A stretch of DNA of 64,000 bases from NCBI RefSeq assembly GCF_000315625.1, contig NW_005434629.1:270409-334408 (forward strand). Reading direction: 5' to 3'. The notes below the pieces were generated by a model that saw nothing but the letters and a program-made list of their open reading frames with translations, was not told the DNA's origin and made no database searches. Numbering within the stretch: position 1 is the first letter of the stretch; each line of letters opens with the position of its first letter. The DNA is from Guillardia theta CCMP2712. Taxonomy: Eukaryota > Protista > Cryptophyta. Below, piece after piece: positions 16,090 through 28,224 of the stretch. A program made the translations under genes and the position numbers.

Positions 16090-16930
16090 ACGAGGGGGTG
16101 GGTGGAAGTTTCTCAGAAAACTGGGGAGGGTAGTTAATCAGCCGTAGCCAAGTAAAGTGGGGGTAGGGGTACTACAACCCAAGCAGGGGTAGTAGCTCGT
16201 TTTCACTATATAACTGTTCTGCATCATTACCGTGGGGGTGGTATGTCGTGAATTTTGAGGAGGTGGGGATGGTTTGACTAGAGAAGGGTGGGGTGGGGTG
16301 GGGTGGGGTGGCGGGTGTGTAGTGACAGGGGTATAGAATACGGCCCTATTGAAAAATGAAAAAACATCGTTTCGTTCTGTTCGCTGTTGCAGGGCGCGTG
16401 ACCATTTGTGTGGGGTACATCGAAATTAAGAGGGGTAGGGGTACCCAAAAGGTCTGCAAAGTTGGCTGATTGAGAGAAAAGTTGTACAGGTAGACATTTT
16501 TATATGTTCTATCAGTGAATATTTCGGCATACATAGTCTCTGGGCATTCTGATGAACCCCTCCCGATGGGTTTGCGATCATCCTGGGGACATGAGTCACA
16601 CTAGTAGGGTGCTACTACCCCGCATCCAGCCAGGGATCTCTGTGGATACTTACAATGGATTTATTAAACACGACGGTTGGCAGAAAGGGCTGATAAATCC
16701 TGGTTCCAACATTGGAGTACCCCCTGGAATGATCTTGACTCGAGGGCGTGCCAAGTCTGGTGGGCGGAGGGAGCAGGGGCAAACAAGGTGGGGCTTTTGG
16801 TAAAGGAGCCCACACGAGAAAACACCGGGGTTCGAGGGTTGCAGATACGTATGCTCTCAGAGAGAAGGGCTCATGCCAGGCAAGTTCTTTTTCCAGGGGG
16901 TGGGATGGTAAAAACCAAAGGCTCTCTAAA
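16090..16930. other. GGGGT/ACCCC-rich island
   Basis: Dense GGGGT/GGGTA words including (GGGGT)n, non-coding. Confidence 0.6.
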
Positions 16931-16936
16931 TTTTTA

Positions 16937-17815
16937 GCGCCGCCGAGGCTTCGACTACGGTGCCAGTGCCGGCCCAGGCTCAACTGAGGCTCCCCGGGGG
17001 CCTGCCGGCGCCGCCGCCGATCGTCGCGTGACTCCCGCGGCCGCCCGCCCGGCCGCCGGCGCCGCGCCCGGGTGAGGCCGCCACTGAAGCGCCCCGGCGG
17101 ACTGGCCGCGCGCCGCGGCCGGCCCGTCGGTCCGGCGCCGAGATGGCACCGCTCACTCGGAACGAGGCTCGGATGCAGTGGCCCGGGTGAATCAAGTTGG
17201 GCCGCGGCCCGTCCGATCTGACGGAGAAGCACGTCACAATTAATGTGAGCCATGGACTCAGGGCCGGAGGATCGGACTCGATATTCGCGGCGGGCCACGG
17301 GTGTCGCAATCGTTGAATCCGAGTCGGATCACGGTAGTATGACACTCGGATAGCCTAACTACTAGGCGGCCGCCTCTGCCAGTGGTCCGATCGGACTGTC
17401 TAAAGCATGGGTGGGGTTGACAGTGACTCCCACCGTCGCGGCCCAGGCTTGAACTTCGGCGACCGTGTCGGTGGCACGGTGCCGTAGTACCCGGCACTGG
17501 CACGGTGCGGCGGTTGCCACACGGTGTGACGGCGGTTCCGAAAGGCTATCATGGCAGCCAGCCGTGATCGGACAGTGAGCTATGAGTCCTCCACAACGGC
17601 GGCAGGCTGGCCACCGGGTGCAGCTAAGTTTGCGAAGTTCTTCGCGGCAAACTTTGAAAGCCTGGCACAGAAAACCCGGAGGCTCAGGCATCTCATCAGG
17701 TCCGCCCGGACTCGGTTTTTGACATGCCATGACTTTGTGACAGAGTCTGTGCCCGGCCACCGGACCGGCGGCGGGTCAGCGGTGCCAGTGCCAGGTTTGA
17801 ACCACTGTCCCTAGT
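16937..17815. other. GC-rich motif island
   Basis: Same word vocabulary as 1340-1810. Confidence 0.75.
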
Positions 17816-18129
17816 AGCTAACATATTCATGAAAACAATTATGCGCACTGGAAATCAACCTACAGACTCGGACCGTACTACTCCGTGTCTGCTATATTTC
17901 TTTCAGGTTAGGGTCATGCTATCAGCGGCGAGTCATATTTCTTCCAGGCTAGGGTCTGTGGCATGTAACACGGAACAGAGCTATTGATGGAGCACGTATG
18001 CTCGCGGATAAGCTCAAATGAATTGATATGACTTTGTCTTTACTGTTACACTTTGCTGCATTATGATACACTTTGCGCTTTGGACCATGAATCCTTGCGT
18101 CTGCGAAGATCGAGAATGGTTCTTATCCG

Positions 18130-18504
18130 TTAGAGCTTGAGTACACCTCCCATCGCATCTAGTACCACCGGTCGCTCAGCCAGACTCAGCAACTCGATGC
18201 AATGTGCAAGAGCTCGTAACTGCCTCGTTCTATACTCTGGTAAAGAAATCTCTTCTTCTATCGCATCATCGGATGTCGAGCCCGCAGTCTTGGAGAGTCT
18301 TCCAGCAGATGGTGAAGTGACTGACAACAGATCAAGGCAATCTGAGATACAATCCCCTTCCCCGTCGCTCAGCAAGGTGTCGCTCTCCAAGTCTGAGAAG
18401 GAGAGTTGTTGGAATGAAGGCTGGAAATGCGCAACATCGGAGACCATGGCAGCAGCAGGTGCGGCAGGAAGGAAGGATACGAGGGCCAAGGAGGGACGGA
18501 ACAT
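18130..18504 (-). CDS. Hypothetical protein
   Basis: 124-aa ORF, acidic and Ser-rich, no motif. Confidence 0.35.
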   Translation of the reverse strand: MFRPSLALVSFLPAAPAAAMVSDVAHFQPSFQQLSFSDLESDTLLSDGEGDCISDCLDLLSVTSPSAGRLSKTAGSTSDDAIEEEISLPEYRTRQLRALAHCIELLSLAERPVVLDAMGGVLKL

Positions 18505-18764
18505 ATCACGAAGGGGGCCGACGTCAAGAACGGGTAGTTCTGTGGGTCATCGAGGAGGTGGGGGTGGCCGTTCCCTTTACTACAGAAAAAGCGATTTGTG
18601 ACCACCCCACTTTCACAGACTTTCTGCAGTGCGGGGGCCAGGCTGGTGGGGGTCACCGTTTCTGAGTGATGCGATACGACCATCGCGGCTCATTCAACAC
18701 GTATGGCGTGCTGACGTAAAGTGACGTGTTGTAAAGTTTTTCATGTGCTTCGAAACAGCTCGCT

Positions 18765-19410
18765 TCACCTCGGGCCAGGACCGTACCGTCTCGCAATCGC
18801 TGTCACAACAGTGACAACAGTGACTGAGCTGACTCGAACATAATGGTTTTCATTGCGGGTGCGTTTAGTGGAGGTATCATGCCAGGTACTGACAGTGCAC
18901 GGACGGCCGCGGTACCGGCGGCCCCCGGGCTGACTGAGGGCCCGGCCGGGCGGGCACTGGCGAGGGCCGGGCCGGGCGGCCCGGCCGGGCAGTGCGGCAT
19001 GCCGGACCACTCAGTACGGTGACTGCCCGGCCCGGCCGGGCTCAGGTCACAGGGGACTCGGCTGAGCCAGTGCCACTGCGGCACGGTGAGACTCAGAGTC
19101 TGAGAGCCGCGAGTGCCAAGATCCGATCCCGGAGTCCGATGCCACTCCCTCATCACTCGCCGAGGCTCAGCCGCTGGCAGGCTGCCACTGGCCCAGACGG
19201 TCCGATCTCGCCGCGCCCGGCGTACTACGGTACCGTAGGCTGATCGGATTCAATTTATAACTTAACTTTGAGTAAAACTGGGCCCCCGAGAGTGAGACGG
19301 TGGGCCGCCGCGCTGTCAGTGTACGGTACGGTACGGGGTACAGGCCCGGGTAGTCATTCTATAGTCAAAGTTAAGTTAAAATAAGTACAGCAGGACTACG
19401 GCACAGTACG
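18765..19410. other. GC-rich motif island
   Basis: CGGCCGG, GACTC, CGGTAC and CAGTGCC words. Confidence 0.75.
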
Positions 19411-19458
19411 ACTCTCCTGATAGACCTGGTAATGATTTTTAACTTAACTTTGAGTAAA
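19258..19458. repeat. Cluster of three alternating-orientation copies of TAACTTAACTTTGA(GTAAA)
   Basis: + at 19258-19276, - at 19365-19381, + at 19440-19458. Confidence 0.85.
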
Positions 19459-19968
19459 CAAAGGTACGGCAGTACTTCAGAAGGGTCACGCAGTCAGATC
19501 ATCCCGAGGCGGGGTTGCTATCTGCAGGGATCAAGTGCAGGGGGGTCGAAGAGGGGCCATGGCGCGAGGTGCGAAGCAAGCCTCGACACATGGCAGCAGA
19601 TGCTCGAGGAGGAGACAGAGGAAAGAAAGAGAACATTGTCTGATGGATGGGTGTTTTCGATTCCGCTGGAGGTGCTCTGTGAAAGCAGGAAGAGGGAGTG
19701 CTTTTGACTGAGTGGAGATTGAGCACGAGAAAGAAAATAGAAATGCCAATATGCCGCGGCAGTACAAACTAGATGCAGTGGATTGTCCTTGCGATGTAAG
19801 TAGTGACAGACTCAGTGTTTGGCTGCCCACTGAGTGCGCTAGTTAGGAACTGACATGGAATTTGTGATACGATCATGATAAATACATCAAATTCACAATT
19901 TTTAACTGACTTTTTCGTGTTTTTTTTGTTTGCTGGAGAGGTCAACTGAACATTTTCTGATTCTAGGA

Positions 19969-21372
19969 ATGAGACGCTCTTTAGTATCTATGGCTTTGGT
20001 GATCTTTTGCGCCTATTTCTTGTGCTATCCTTATGAAACTATACAGGCCTTGTCCAGCCTCCTTCAGCTCCAATCGACGGAGGCTTTCCTGAATTGTGGT
20101 CTTGTTTCTGCAAGGCAATCGATTTCTTCTCTGTGTCCCACTAGGAATTTGCAACTTTCGCTTCAGCTTCGCAAGGTCTGTACGCTCCATGAATTGCCCC
20201 TGGAGTTGATAATGAGATTTGGTTTGCAGTCTTCCACTTACCGGGTCCATCCTTTCAAAAGCACAATGTTGAGGATGAAGACAGTAGTACAAGACGGCGA
20301 TGTGGTTGGAGGTGAATGCCTTGATTTCCCTCCAAGAAGTTTTCATCCGCAATGCAGTTCGATACAAGGGTACTTTGGACGATGGCTCAGTCTTTGATGA
20401 AAATCCTGGTACTGATTTTGTGTACCCACCGACAGATCGAAACGGACTGAATTTGTGTCAGAGGGACCTTTGCTGGAGTTTGAAGTGGGCTCAGGGAGGG
20501 TAATATCAGGATTTGATGAAGCTGTCAGAGGCCTATCTGTCGGAGAGAAGAGGAAGGTGAGAGTATGCTGTGCGAGCAATCAGAAATGGATGCAACGATC
20601 GCATGGGCGGTTGTCAACAGGTGAAATGACGGTTGTTGAAGGTCCGGTGCGATCCCAAGGATGCCTATGGAGAGTATGACGAGAAGAACTTGGCGAAGGC
20701 AAGTAGTTGAAATGTCCTCCATGTGTTTCCTCATGTTTCACAGGTTCCGAGGGAACAGATGCCAACCCCGCCGGAAGGGAACGACATCGAGCCAGGGCTC
20801 ATTCTCCAGGTCCAACAATGAGATGTATTATGATGTTGCCCATGGATAGCTGATGTTGTCCCGTCTTCTGCAGCTGTCAAACGGACAGCTTGCTGTTGTG
20901 AAGGAAGTTACGGACGAAGTGAGTTTAGGGTTTAGGACTTTTCCCGGAACATCAGAGTTGACGCGTACCTGGGCAGGTTGTGATCCTCGATGGAAATCAT
21001 CCCCTCGCAGGCAAACCTTTGAATTTTGAAGTCGAGCTCTTTGAAATCAAGGTTTGGTTTGTAGTATTGCAATTTGAATGGGTGACTCCAGTATCAGGAC
21101 AGGGATGAGGTTTTGAGTGGAAAGATTCGGGAGATGTATGCGATCTTGAACAACGAGGTGTTTTCCAATCTTGCAGCCCAAGTCACGGGCAACCCAAGCT
21201 ACGTGAAGGACATCAAGGCTAGGATTGAGAAGTCTGAAGACAAGGCACAGTAGCCTCGGTGATTGATGAAGCAACTGACAACATTGGGGAACAGGGGGTA
21301 ACGATGAATCAAATTCTTCAAGAAGACGCCTGGATGAAAGTCACCTCAGCTCTCATGGTGGAAACGTTCTAA
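19969..21372 (+). CDS. SlyD/SlpA-type FKBP peptidyl-prolyl isomerase with insert-in-flap domain, probably plastid-targeted
   Basis: Spliced VRYKGTLDDGSVFD, FEVGSGRVISGFDEAV, PKDAYGEYD, DGNHPLAGKPLNFEVEL. Spliced N-terminus MRRSLVSMALALSSLLQLQSTEA-FL. Confidence 0.88.
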
Positions 21373-22056
21373 TGCTCCAGACCCCCTTTAACATCTGTTT
21401 GACAGAGTAACGTTGACCTCCAAAGACAGATCGATCAGCAGCGAATGAAAACTGAGTTGGTGAGCAGAGTCTTTCTTGTGTCGTGGCAAGCCAAATAGTG
21501 ACAAGCCTTTGTGACCCAGGAAAATAGCCCAGTCAAGAGCATTGAGTTTGACAGCGATCAATAAGCTACAATCAGGCACCGTACAGTTTTTGTTGAGTGA
21601 GAGTGGCAGTTGCAAGGCCCGACTCGCGCTGCGGTGCAACGGCAGTGCCGGGCGGCCCGCCAACTACTACTACTGCGCGTTGCCAGTTGAACAAATAGCT
21701 CAACTCGCCAATGGACCGTGGGCCGGCGCCAGACTCTCGCCATTCCGGATCAATATCTGGCTACTAGGCTATGTCTCCCCGCTCAGGTTCTCAATGATGG
21801 CAAGGCTTCCGAAGTTCAGCACTGCCTGAGATAAGTCGTGACTCAGTGAGGTTATGAGGCCACCGTTTCTCAGGCAGCCACAGTAAACTTCGGAAACTTA
21901 TTGCCTAGCCAAGTTGCTGCATCCTAGCCTACTACGCCGTATCCGGGGCGGCCCGCGAGTTGGATTCCGGCGGACCGTGAGTCCGTAAGACCCGGCGGCC
22001 GCTCCGGTAATCGGAGTGTGACCGTACTGACTTGACCAACTTGCCAAGTTAGTCAG

Positions 22057-22382
22057 TGACGGAATACAAGTTTGTTATACTTGTACTAGTCCAAAGTCAC
22101 GCAGATATCACATCGACCTTAATCTCAACAAGACAGTTTTTGCTCAAGACCGAGTTTAATGCACACGAAACCAGAATTGAGGAGCACATGAGAGATAGAC
22201 TGTATGCTAGGATGTGAAACCCAAGCATCCAGACATGAGGGGACCTTAGCAAGACGGCTAGGAAGGCCTCCTCTTCGTCACACGTACTACATTGCCGCCT
22301 GCCACGTAAGTCGTTTTGGTTTACAGGAGAGTTTTTGTTAACTCGGCGCTATCTGACTGGCACGGCTGGCATACGCTCCATC
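22057..22382 (-). repeat. 3' LTR
   Basis: Near-identical to 23262-23591; by eye it lacks only a 4-bp CTCG insertion. Confidence 0.92.
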
Positions 22383-23261
22383 CTCCCCCCGAGTTTCTGA
22401 AATAGTACGTTACATCGGACGTCAGAAAGTCACTCAAACAAGAGAATGTCAGCAGATCCAAGTCAAGATACGATGATACAACGTCAAGTTCACAGTCATG
22501 CTGAGTGGGCAATAACCATTCAAAGATTGTCCATTCAGAAGAAGATTTTCATGCAGGGCTATTAGATGTGCAGTGCAGAGATAAGGGGAGATGCCTGGCG
22601 AGCTGATGCAATGACGAGAGAAGGAGGATAAGATAAGAGAGTCTGAGGAGAGAATAACAGAGAGAGATAGAGAGAGAGAGAGAGAGAGCGTGCCCGCCGG
22701 CATTTGAAGACCAAAAGATAAATTTTTGAACCGTAAAGAACTTGTGACCAGAGATTGCTGCCGCGAGATTGGAACATCCGTTTCAAGGCATCTGAAGATT
22801 GTTGTGCAGTAGTACCTTGTTCGCCGATCCAGAAGTAGCTCCAGTTATGCATGCCACAGCCTAGCTCCATGACATGAAACTTCCGCCAGATCTCCTGGTA
22901 GTTCCATTTGATCCTACTCAAAGATCAAGAAGATTAAAATAAGAATCGAATCAGCTTCAAGTGCGTTTCCACACGGTTAAGCAGATATTCGACCGACCAA
23001 TCTGGCTGGGGAAAGGCTTGTTTTTCCTATTCGAAGATCAATCAAACAAATTGAGGCTGAGATGAGAGGCCTAAACAACTTGCGGCTAGAGAGAGAGCCT
23101 GATTGAAGAGAGGAGTCATCCGAATGTGTAAGGCTTGATAGAATTGCATGAATTTTCAACAGCAACGGAAACAACACCAAGAAAGAAAAAACTCCAGTAA
23201 ACAATTCAACTAACCAAACATAAGATCAACATGATTGAGCATGTAATCGAGGCTCATAACC

Positions 23262-23591
23262 GACGGAATACAAGTTTGTTATACTTGTACTAGTCCAAAG
23301 TCACGCAGATATCACATCGACCTTAATCTCAACAAGACAGTTTTTGCTCAAGACCGAGTTTAATGCACACGAAACCAGAATTGAGGAGCACATGAGAGAT
23401 AGACTGTATGCTAGGATGTCTCGGAAACCCAAGCATCCAGACATGAGGGGACCTTAGCAAGACGGCTAGGAAGGCCTCCTCTTCGTCACACGTACTACAT
23501 TGCCGCCTGCCACGTAAGTCGTTTTGGTTTACAGGAGAGTTTTTGTTAACTCGGCGCTATCTGACTGGCACGGCTGGCATACGCTCCATCA
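23262..23591 (-). repeat. 5' LTR
   Basis: Followed on the minus strand by a PBS complementary to the initiator tRNA-Met anticodon arm. Confidence 0.92.
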
Positions 23592-24703
23592 GTCAGCCCG
23601 GCCGCAACCGTTTTGAAGACGGTCGGACCGGGGCGGTCCTGCTACGCTTCGCCGCCGCCCAGTGCGGCCGGCGCCGGTTTCGAGTTCAATGGTTCGGCAG
23701 AGGAGTCCGGCCGCCGGGGGGCCCGGCCGGGCCGCCGCTCAGGCTCCGACGGCCGAGGCTCCGGCCGCCGGAGGACGGCCCGGGAGTCCGGGCCCGGGTC
23801 TCAGTGGAGTCCGCCCCGCCGCCGGCCGGGCGGGCACGCCGGGCTACGGTACCGCTTAGAGCCTACGGAGTACCGGCGTACCGTACCGTCGTGGCGTGCC
23901 CGGCCGGGCCGCCGGCCGGGCCGGCGGGGCGGCTCAGTCCGGGAAACTTGAAAGTTGAACTTGACGGCGATCACCCGACCGTCAGGTGCAACGGGCACCG
24001 CAACAGCGTAACGACCTAGCGGAGGGACAGCCGTGAGGTGTCCAGAGAGGTTTCAATGCACAGGAGTGGGGGAGAGGATGAGATGAAGAAGGGGCATGAA
24101 AGAATAGATGCCGGCAGACGAGGAGCTGATGCCAAGAGCGATGATGACTCTGCCTTTGTTGTCTTGCACCAGTGTGTTTGAGGGGGGTTGAGGTGCAACG
24201 TGGGCCCTTGATCACGACCGGGGGGGGGGGGGGGGTAGAGACGTAACATTGTTGTTGGGCTGGCTATCCATGAGCAGCTTTGAAAGATCTTGCTGCTGTT
24301 GTGCATGTGTAGCAGCGAAAAAAAGACCGAGGGAGGTTATGAGGCAATACATTGTGGCTGTGGTGAGCGGATTAGGTTTTGTTGCAGTCGGGAAGGTTTA
24401 AGTTGCGAGTCTTACCTGGAAGTTTATTTATGACCCAATGAGTACGTTCATGAATTCTGTTGGCGGCTCGGAGCGCCAGCATAAGCTCAGTACAGCCTCG
24501 AGAGTTTTGTTATCACTAGGATTTACTACGGACAGGATTGAACACGAGGCCAGTTTTGCCCTTCACGGGTGTTGCAATGAATTTTGACAAGGACTTTGGC
24601 AAAGTTTAGTTTGTTTTCCAAGTTTTTGATGCTTTGAAATTTTTCACCATTGTTTTGTCAGTCAGTCTCAACGCTGTAATCTCTTGGCACCGTTGACGCC
24701 ACC

Positions 24704-27700
24704 ATGTCCGATGAACTGGTAATGAAACGCTGCTGTGAATCAGAAATGTTTGGCCTGCTGCTTACCCAAAACCCCTCGCACAGGATAAGTCAGAGGAGGG
24801 TGTTTTCTTCGGAGACCCTCTTTCGGCTCCTCCTCCTCTCCCAGGTACTTGAGTCACAGCTCCTACATCTCGATCTTGACAAACTTGTCTAGACGACCCT
24901 CTCAGCGGAATGTCGGATGTGAACATGTCTTCTTGCCCTCGTGTCTTGTTAGGATTGTGACTCCACGCGCAGCAGCTCTCCGGCAGGCAACATTCCACCT
25001 CGTCCCTCGGCACCTCCTCCTCAGCAAGCTGTATCAACAGTCGATAGAGCGCATGGCTGCTTCCTTGACTCTTGCGCGTAGAGAGGTTCCACCCCTCCCC
25101 CCCAGTCCCCTTCCGACAGCAACAACGGGTGATTGCAGCGTGCAGTTCCCCCAGGCCTTCTGACGTTTTGCCAGCACTCCTGGAGGGGCTGGCCCGACAA
25201 CCTTCCGTCCCATCACCGAAGCAGGTGCAGACACTTCCAAGGGTTTGCTCCTCTAAACCTTAATGGTCAGAGCGTGAGGCGACCTCTGTTCTCCTGCAAC
25301 AGGTGAGGTTTGATGTCGACGCCGCACTCTTCTTGTGAGAACAGTCCTTTAGAGGGCAGCATTGAAACTCGGTGAAATGAAACGAAAAGAAACTATCGAC
25401 TATCAAAAGGTTTGTTGTTCATGGTAGGTCGGGCCCAGTTGAATTTTGCAACCAGACCGTTGAAGACAAGGTCGTGGCTGCTCTTCAAGGGAGGACGTCT
25501 GCAGCTCTGCATGGTGAATCTCATTGGGAGATTGTAGATGGAATGCTTCATTGAAGTGTGACGTAGGCGCCAAGGACTTGCTCTCCTTTGTCAAAGGAAA
25601 CGCCGACATGGAGGTCGCTCCAAGGTTGGATTGTTGCAGCTGATTCATAGCGCGGACAGGACATGGTTGCCAAGAATTTCTCACGATTTTCATCCTTGTT
25701 TGGTCAAGAAACTGGTTTGTCAGATCGGTTGGCGCAGGTCTGTGCAATGACAAAAGGTCCAGGCACTACTAATGATGCTCTGCTGGGATATAGCTCTGCA
25801 TGCAAAAGCATGCAGAAATTGCATGCTGATCTGCAGGTGTGTTCAAACTCTATATTTCATCATTCGGTTTGTGATGATCCTGCTGGAAGAATGTGCTGGC
25901 CTCAGTCGAGGTGAAACGCGCTGAAGAATCTCTCTCCAGTGTAGATGAAACGTGCAAGGTAAAAGAAATCGAAGTGCGCAATTCGTTTATAGATTGCTGT
26001 AGAAATTAATGTCGCAAGCCAACACTATGTCTTCAGATTTGCAAGCTGCTCGTGACAAGGTGAGTGTGGATGGGCATACGATTTGATACTGACTGCAGCC
26101 ACATGGCAGGTTAACAAAGCTTTCGCCGCTCAAGAAAAGGCTTGGAACGATTGCGAGGATGCAGCTAAGACGGACAAGGCTGTGTAAGTAGTCGATGCCT
26201 TTCTCGAACATGGCTTCTAATGGTCATTTTCAAGTGTGAATGTTGATGCGGATCCGTGGTTGGCCGGGCTTAGATATCAGGTTTTACACGCCAAATGGAT
26301 TTTGTCCTTTAATTTTTTTTCTTTCAGACTGCAAGCAAAGCACTTGAGACCGTCGAGGCAGCACATGCCTCTGACCTCAATCGACTCGTCCAGGTAACGT
26401 CTTCAGTATTACACTCTTGTGATCCTCTTGGCGGTTGTCTCGTGGTTAAACGGTTCGTACAGGAACTGAGGTCTATGGATTCACAAAGGCTCTCTACTAT
26501 GAAGGTAGCAGATGCATCACGACTCTTTCGGCTCCTGCTCACATGCTTGTTTGTTTTACACAGGATGTGCTTCGTAGTTATGCAGAGGCCCGGCGAGCTC
26601 TCCTGGCCAAGGCACTACAGGTAACCTTGACCGGCCGGTAAGAAAGGGATCTAATGGCTTGTCAGAATGCTGAAGAACTTTGCAATATGGTTGAGAAGAT
26701 CGAACCAAATCAGGTCAATATCAAACTCCTTCCAAATTTTGCCTGATGATGCCGAAGGATTGTGATACCTTCTTGGCGTCTGCTGAGATCAAGGTACAGA
26801 GTGTTTTCCCTTCCGCAAAAATTTCGCTCTCTGTTTCTCCTTACCTGTGCTGTCAATTGCATGTCTAGTGCAAGTAGAGTAGCTCATTCTGCTTACATGA
26901 CGCCGACCACATCACTAATGTAAGAGTAGGATGAAGAACTGGAGAGGGGTGGCGGTACTTCGGAACAAGTGAGTTTGTTTGCTGTTGGTCTGTAGCAGCT
27001 CAAGCTGTGCAGGAGGGAAGCAACACCTCTGCCGCATCGCTTGGCGTGTGGATTCCGGATGAGGCTGTCAGACAGGTGGTTTCTAAAGATCTTAGATTCT
27101 CTAGCATGACAGTTGATCAGTGTAACAAATGTCAACTGGGCTTCAACTTGATGAGAAGAAAGCACCATTGCCGCAGGTTTGTCCTGCTGCCTTTGCCGTT
27201 GATCAGATTTTTACTACCGCTGAGAGTAGATGCGGGCACGTGTTTTGCGACAAATGCAGGTGCAGTTTGTTGTCATTGTTGACCCTGTATCTGATTTAGA
27301 ATAATCCTCCCAGTGCCCGGTCCTCAATCCTGCCGTCAAGCTTCGGGTTTGGTCAGACCCCACAGGTGTTGAGACAGGCAGGTTGTCATCGATCTGGTGA
27401 CTGATCTGTCCTAAAAAGCGAGTGTGCGACACGTGTTTCGAGCTTTTGCAATCATCTCCTTCCACTGACTCGGCTGGTATGATGTAGACGAAGATGTTAA
27501 AAGGAATTGACGTTATTCGCAGTGTCAAACGTCCCAAGTGGGGTAGACTTTGAGGTGCTGAAAGAAGGCTCCCTGCTTAAGAAGGGAGGAATGGGCGGAG
27601 CTCACAAGGCAAGCGCCCTCTGCTGCTGGCCTTGGCTGATGCATGTGGCGGTAGGCGAAGCATTTTGTCTGCACGAAAGCAGGTTTCTTGCATTATTTCG

Positions 27701-28183
27701 ACTCGAAGTTCGATCAGAACCCCAAGGGCTCCATCCCATTGAGCCATGCCAAGTGAGGAGGGTAGCCTCTAGCATCTCCGATTGCTCAGTACCTGCATGG
27801 CAGGATCTCCACGGTCGACGACGATGCGTGTGCGTTCGCCATTGAAACCGACGATGCTCAGCAGACAGCAGATAATCAGAATCGCATGCAGGTGTTGTCA
27901 TCAGCATCCTCTTACTGGTTTGCTCTGGTTGAAATCCTTGACAGGCATTCTTCCGTGGCAAAGCAAAGTCAAAGTTTGTCTTCCGCAGTGCTCTCGGTCA
28001 TCAACCACGCCCCCTCCCACTCTTGCTCACAGACCCATTGATTAGGTTCCCTCGATCGCGATGCCTGGATAGCTGTCCTCGTCAAATGGTGAGCTAATTC
28101 AGCACGTCCTGCAGCCTCTCGCTGATGTCTCATCCAGCTCCCGCGTGGAACAGGCTCCTCTTCAGACTACCTGCGTCCCTTAA
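24704..28183 (+). CDS. Multi-exon F-BAR-like coiled coil + FYVE zinc finger + PH domain protein
   Basis: FYVE: WIPD, CNKC, RRKHHCRRCGHVFC, RVCDTC. PH: KEGSLLKKGG, DRDAWIAVL. Helical region SQRLSTMKDVLRSY...KIEPNQD resembles an F-BAR C-terminus (less certain). Confidence 0.85.
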
Positions 28184-28224
28184 GACGGTCCTCAGTCCAG
28201 CAGAGACGGTTGCTGATAATAGGC

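Larger units (their letters stand above)
22057..23591 (-). mobile_element. Non-autonomous (TRIM-like) Ty1/copia-type LTR retrotransposon
   Basis: ~325/329-bp direct repeats, TG...CA outer ends, 5-bp TSD GTCAG (22052-22056 and 23592-23596). On the minus strand, PBS GGTTATGAGCC (23251-23261) and PPT GGGGGGAG (22383-22390). No long internal ORF. Confidence 0.92.
21580..24020. other. GC-rich motif island interrupted by the LTR element
   Basis: Island sequence on both sides of the element (21580-22056 and 23592-24020). Confidence 0.65.

Noticed and set aside
16615-17814. Arg/Pro/Gly-rich ORFs in GC islands (also 1209-1657, 18765-19243, 23543-24019, 32712-33418)
   Set aside because: Stop-codon scarcity in high-GC DNA; the ORFs overlap in all frames and have no motifs.
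23251-23261. tRNA-Met-like sequence GGCTCATAACC
   Set aside because: Only 11 nt with no cloverleaf; explained as the LTR primer-binding site.
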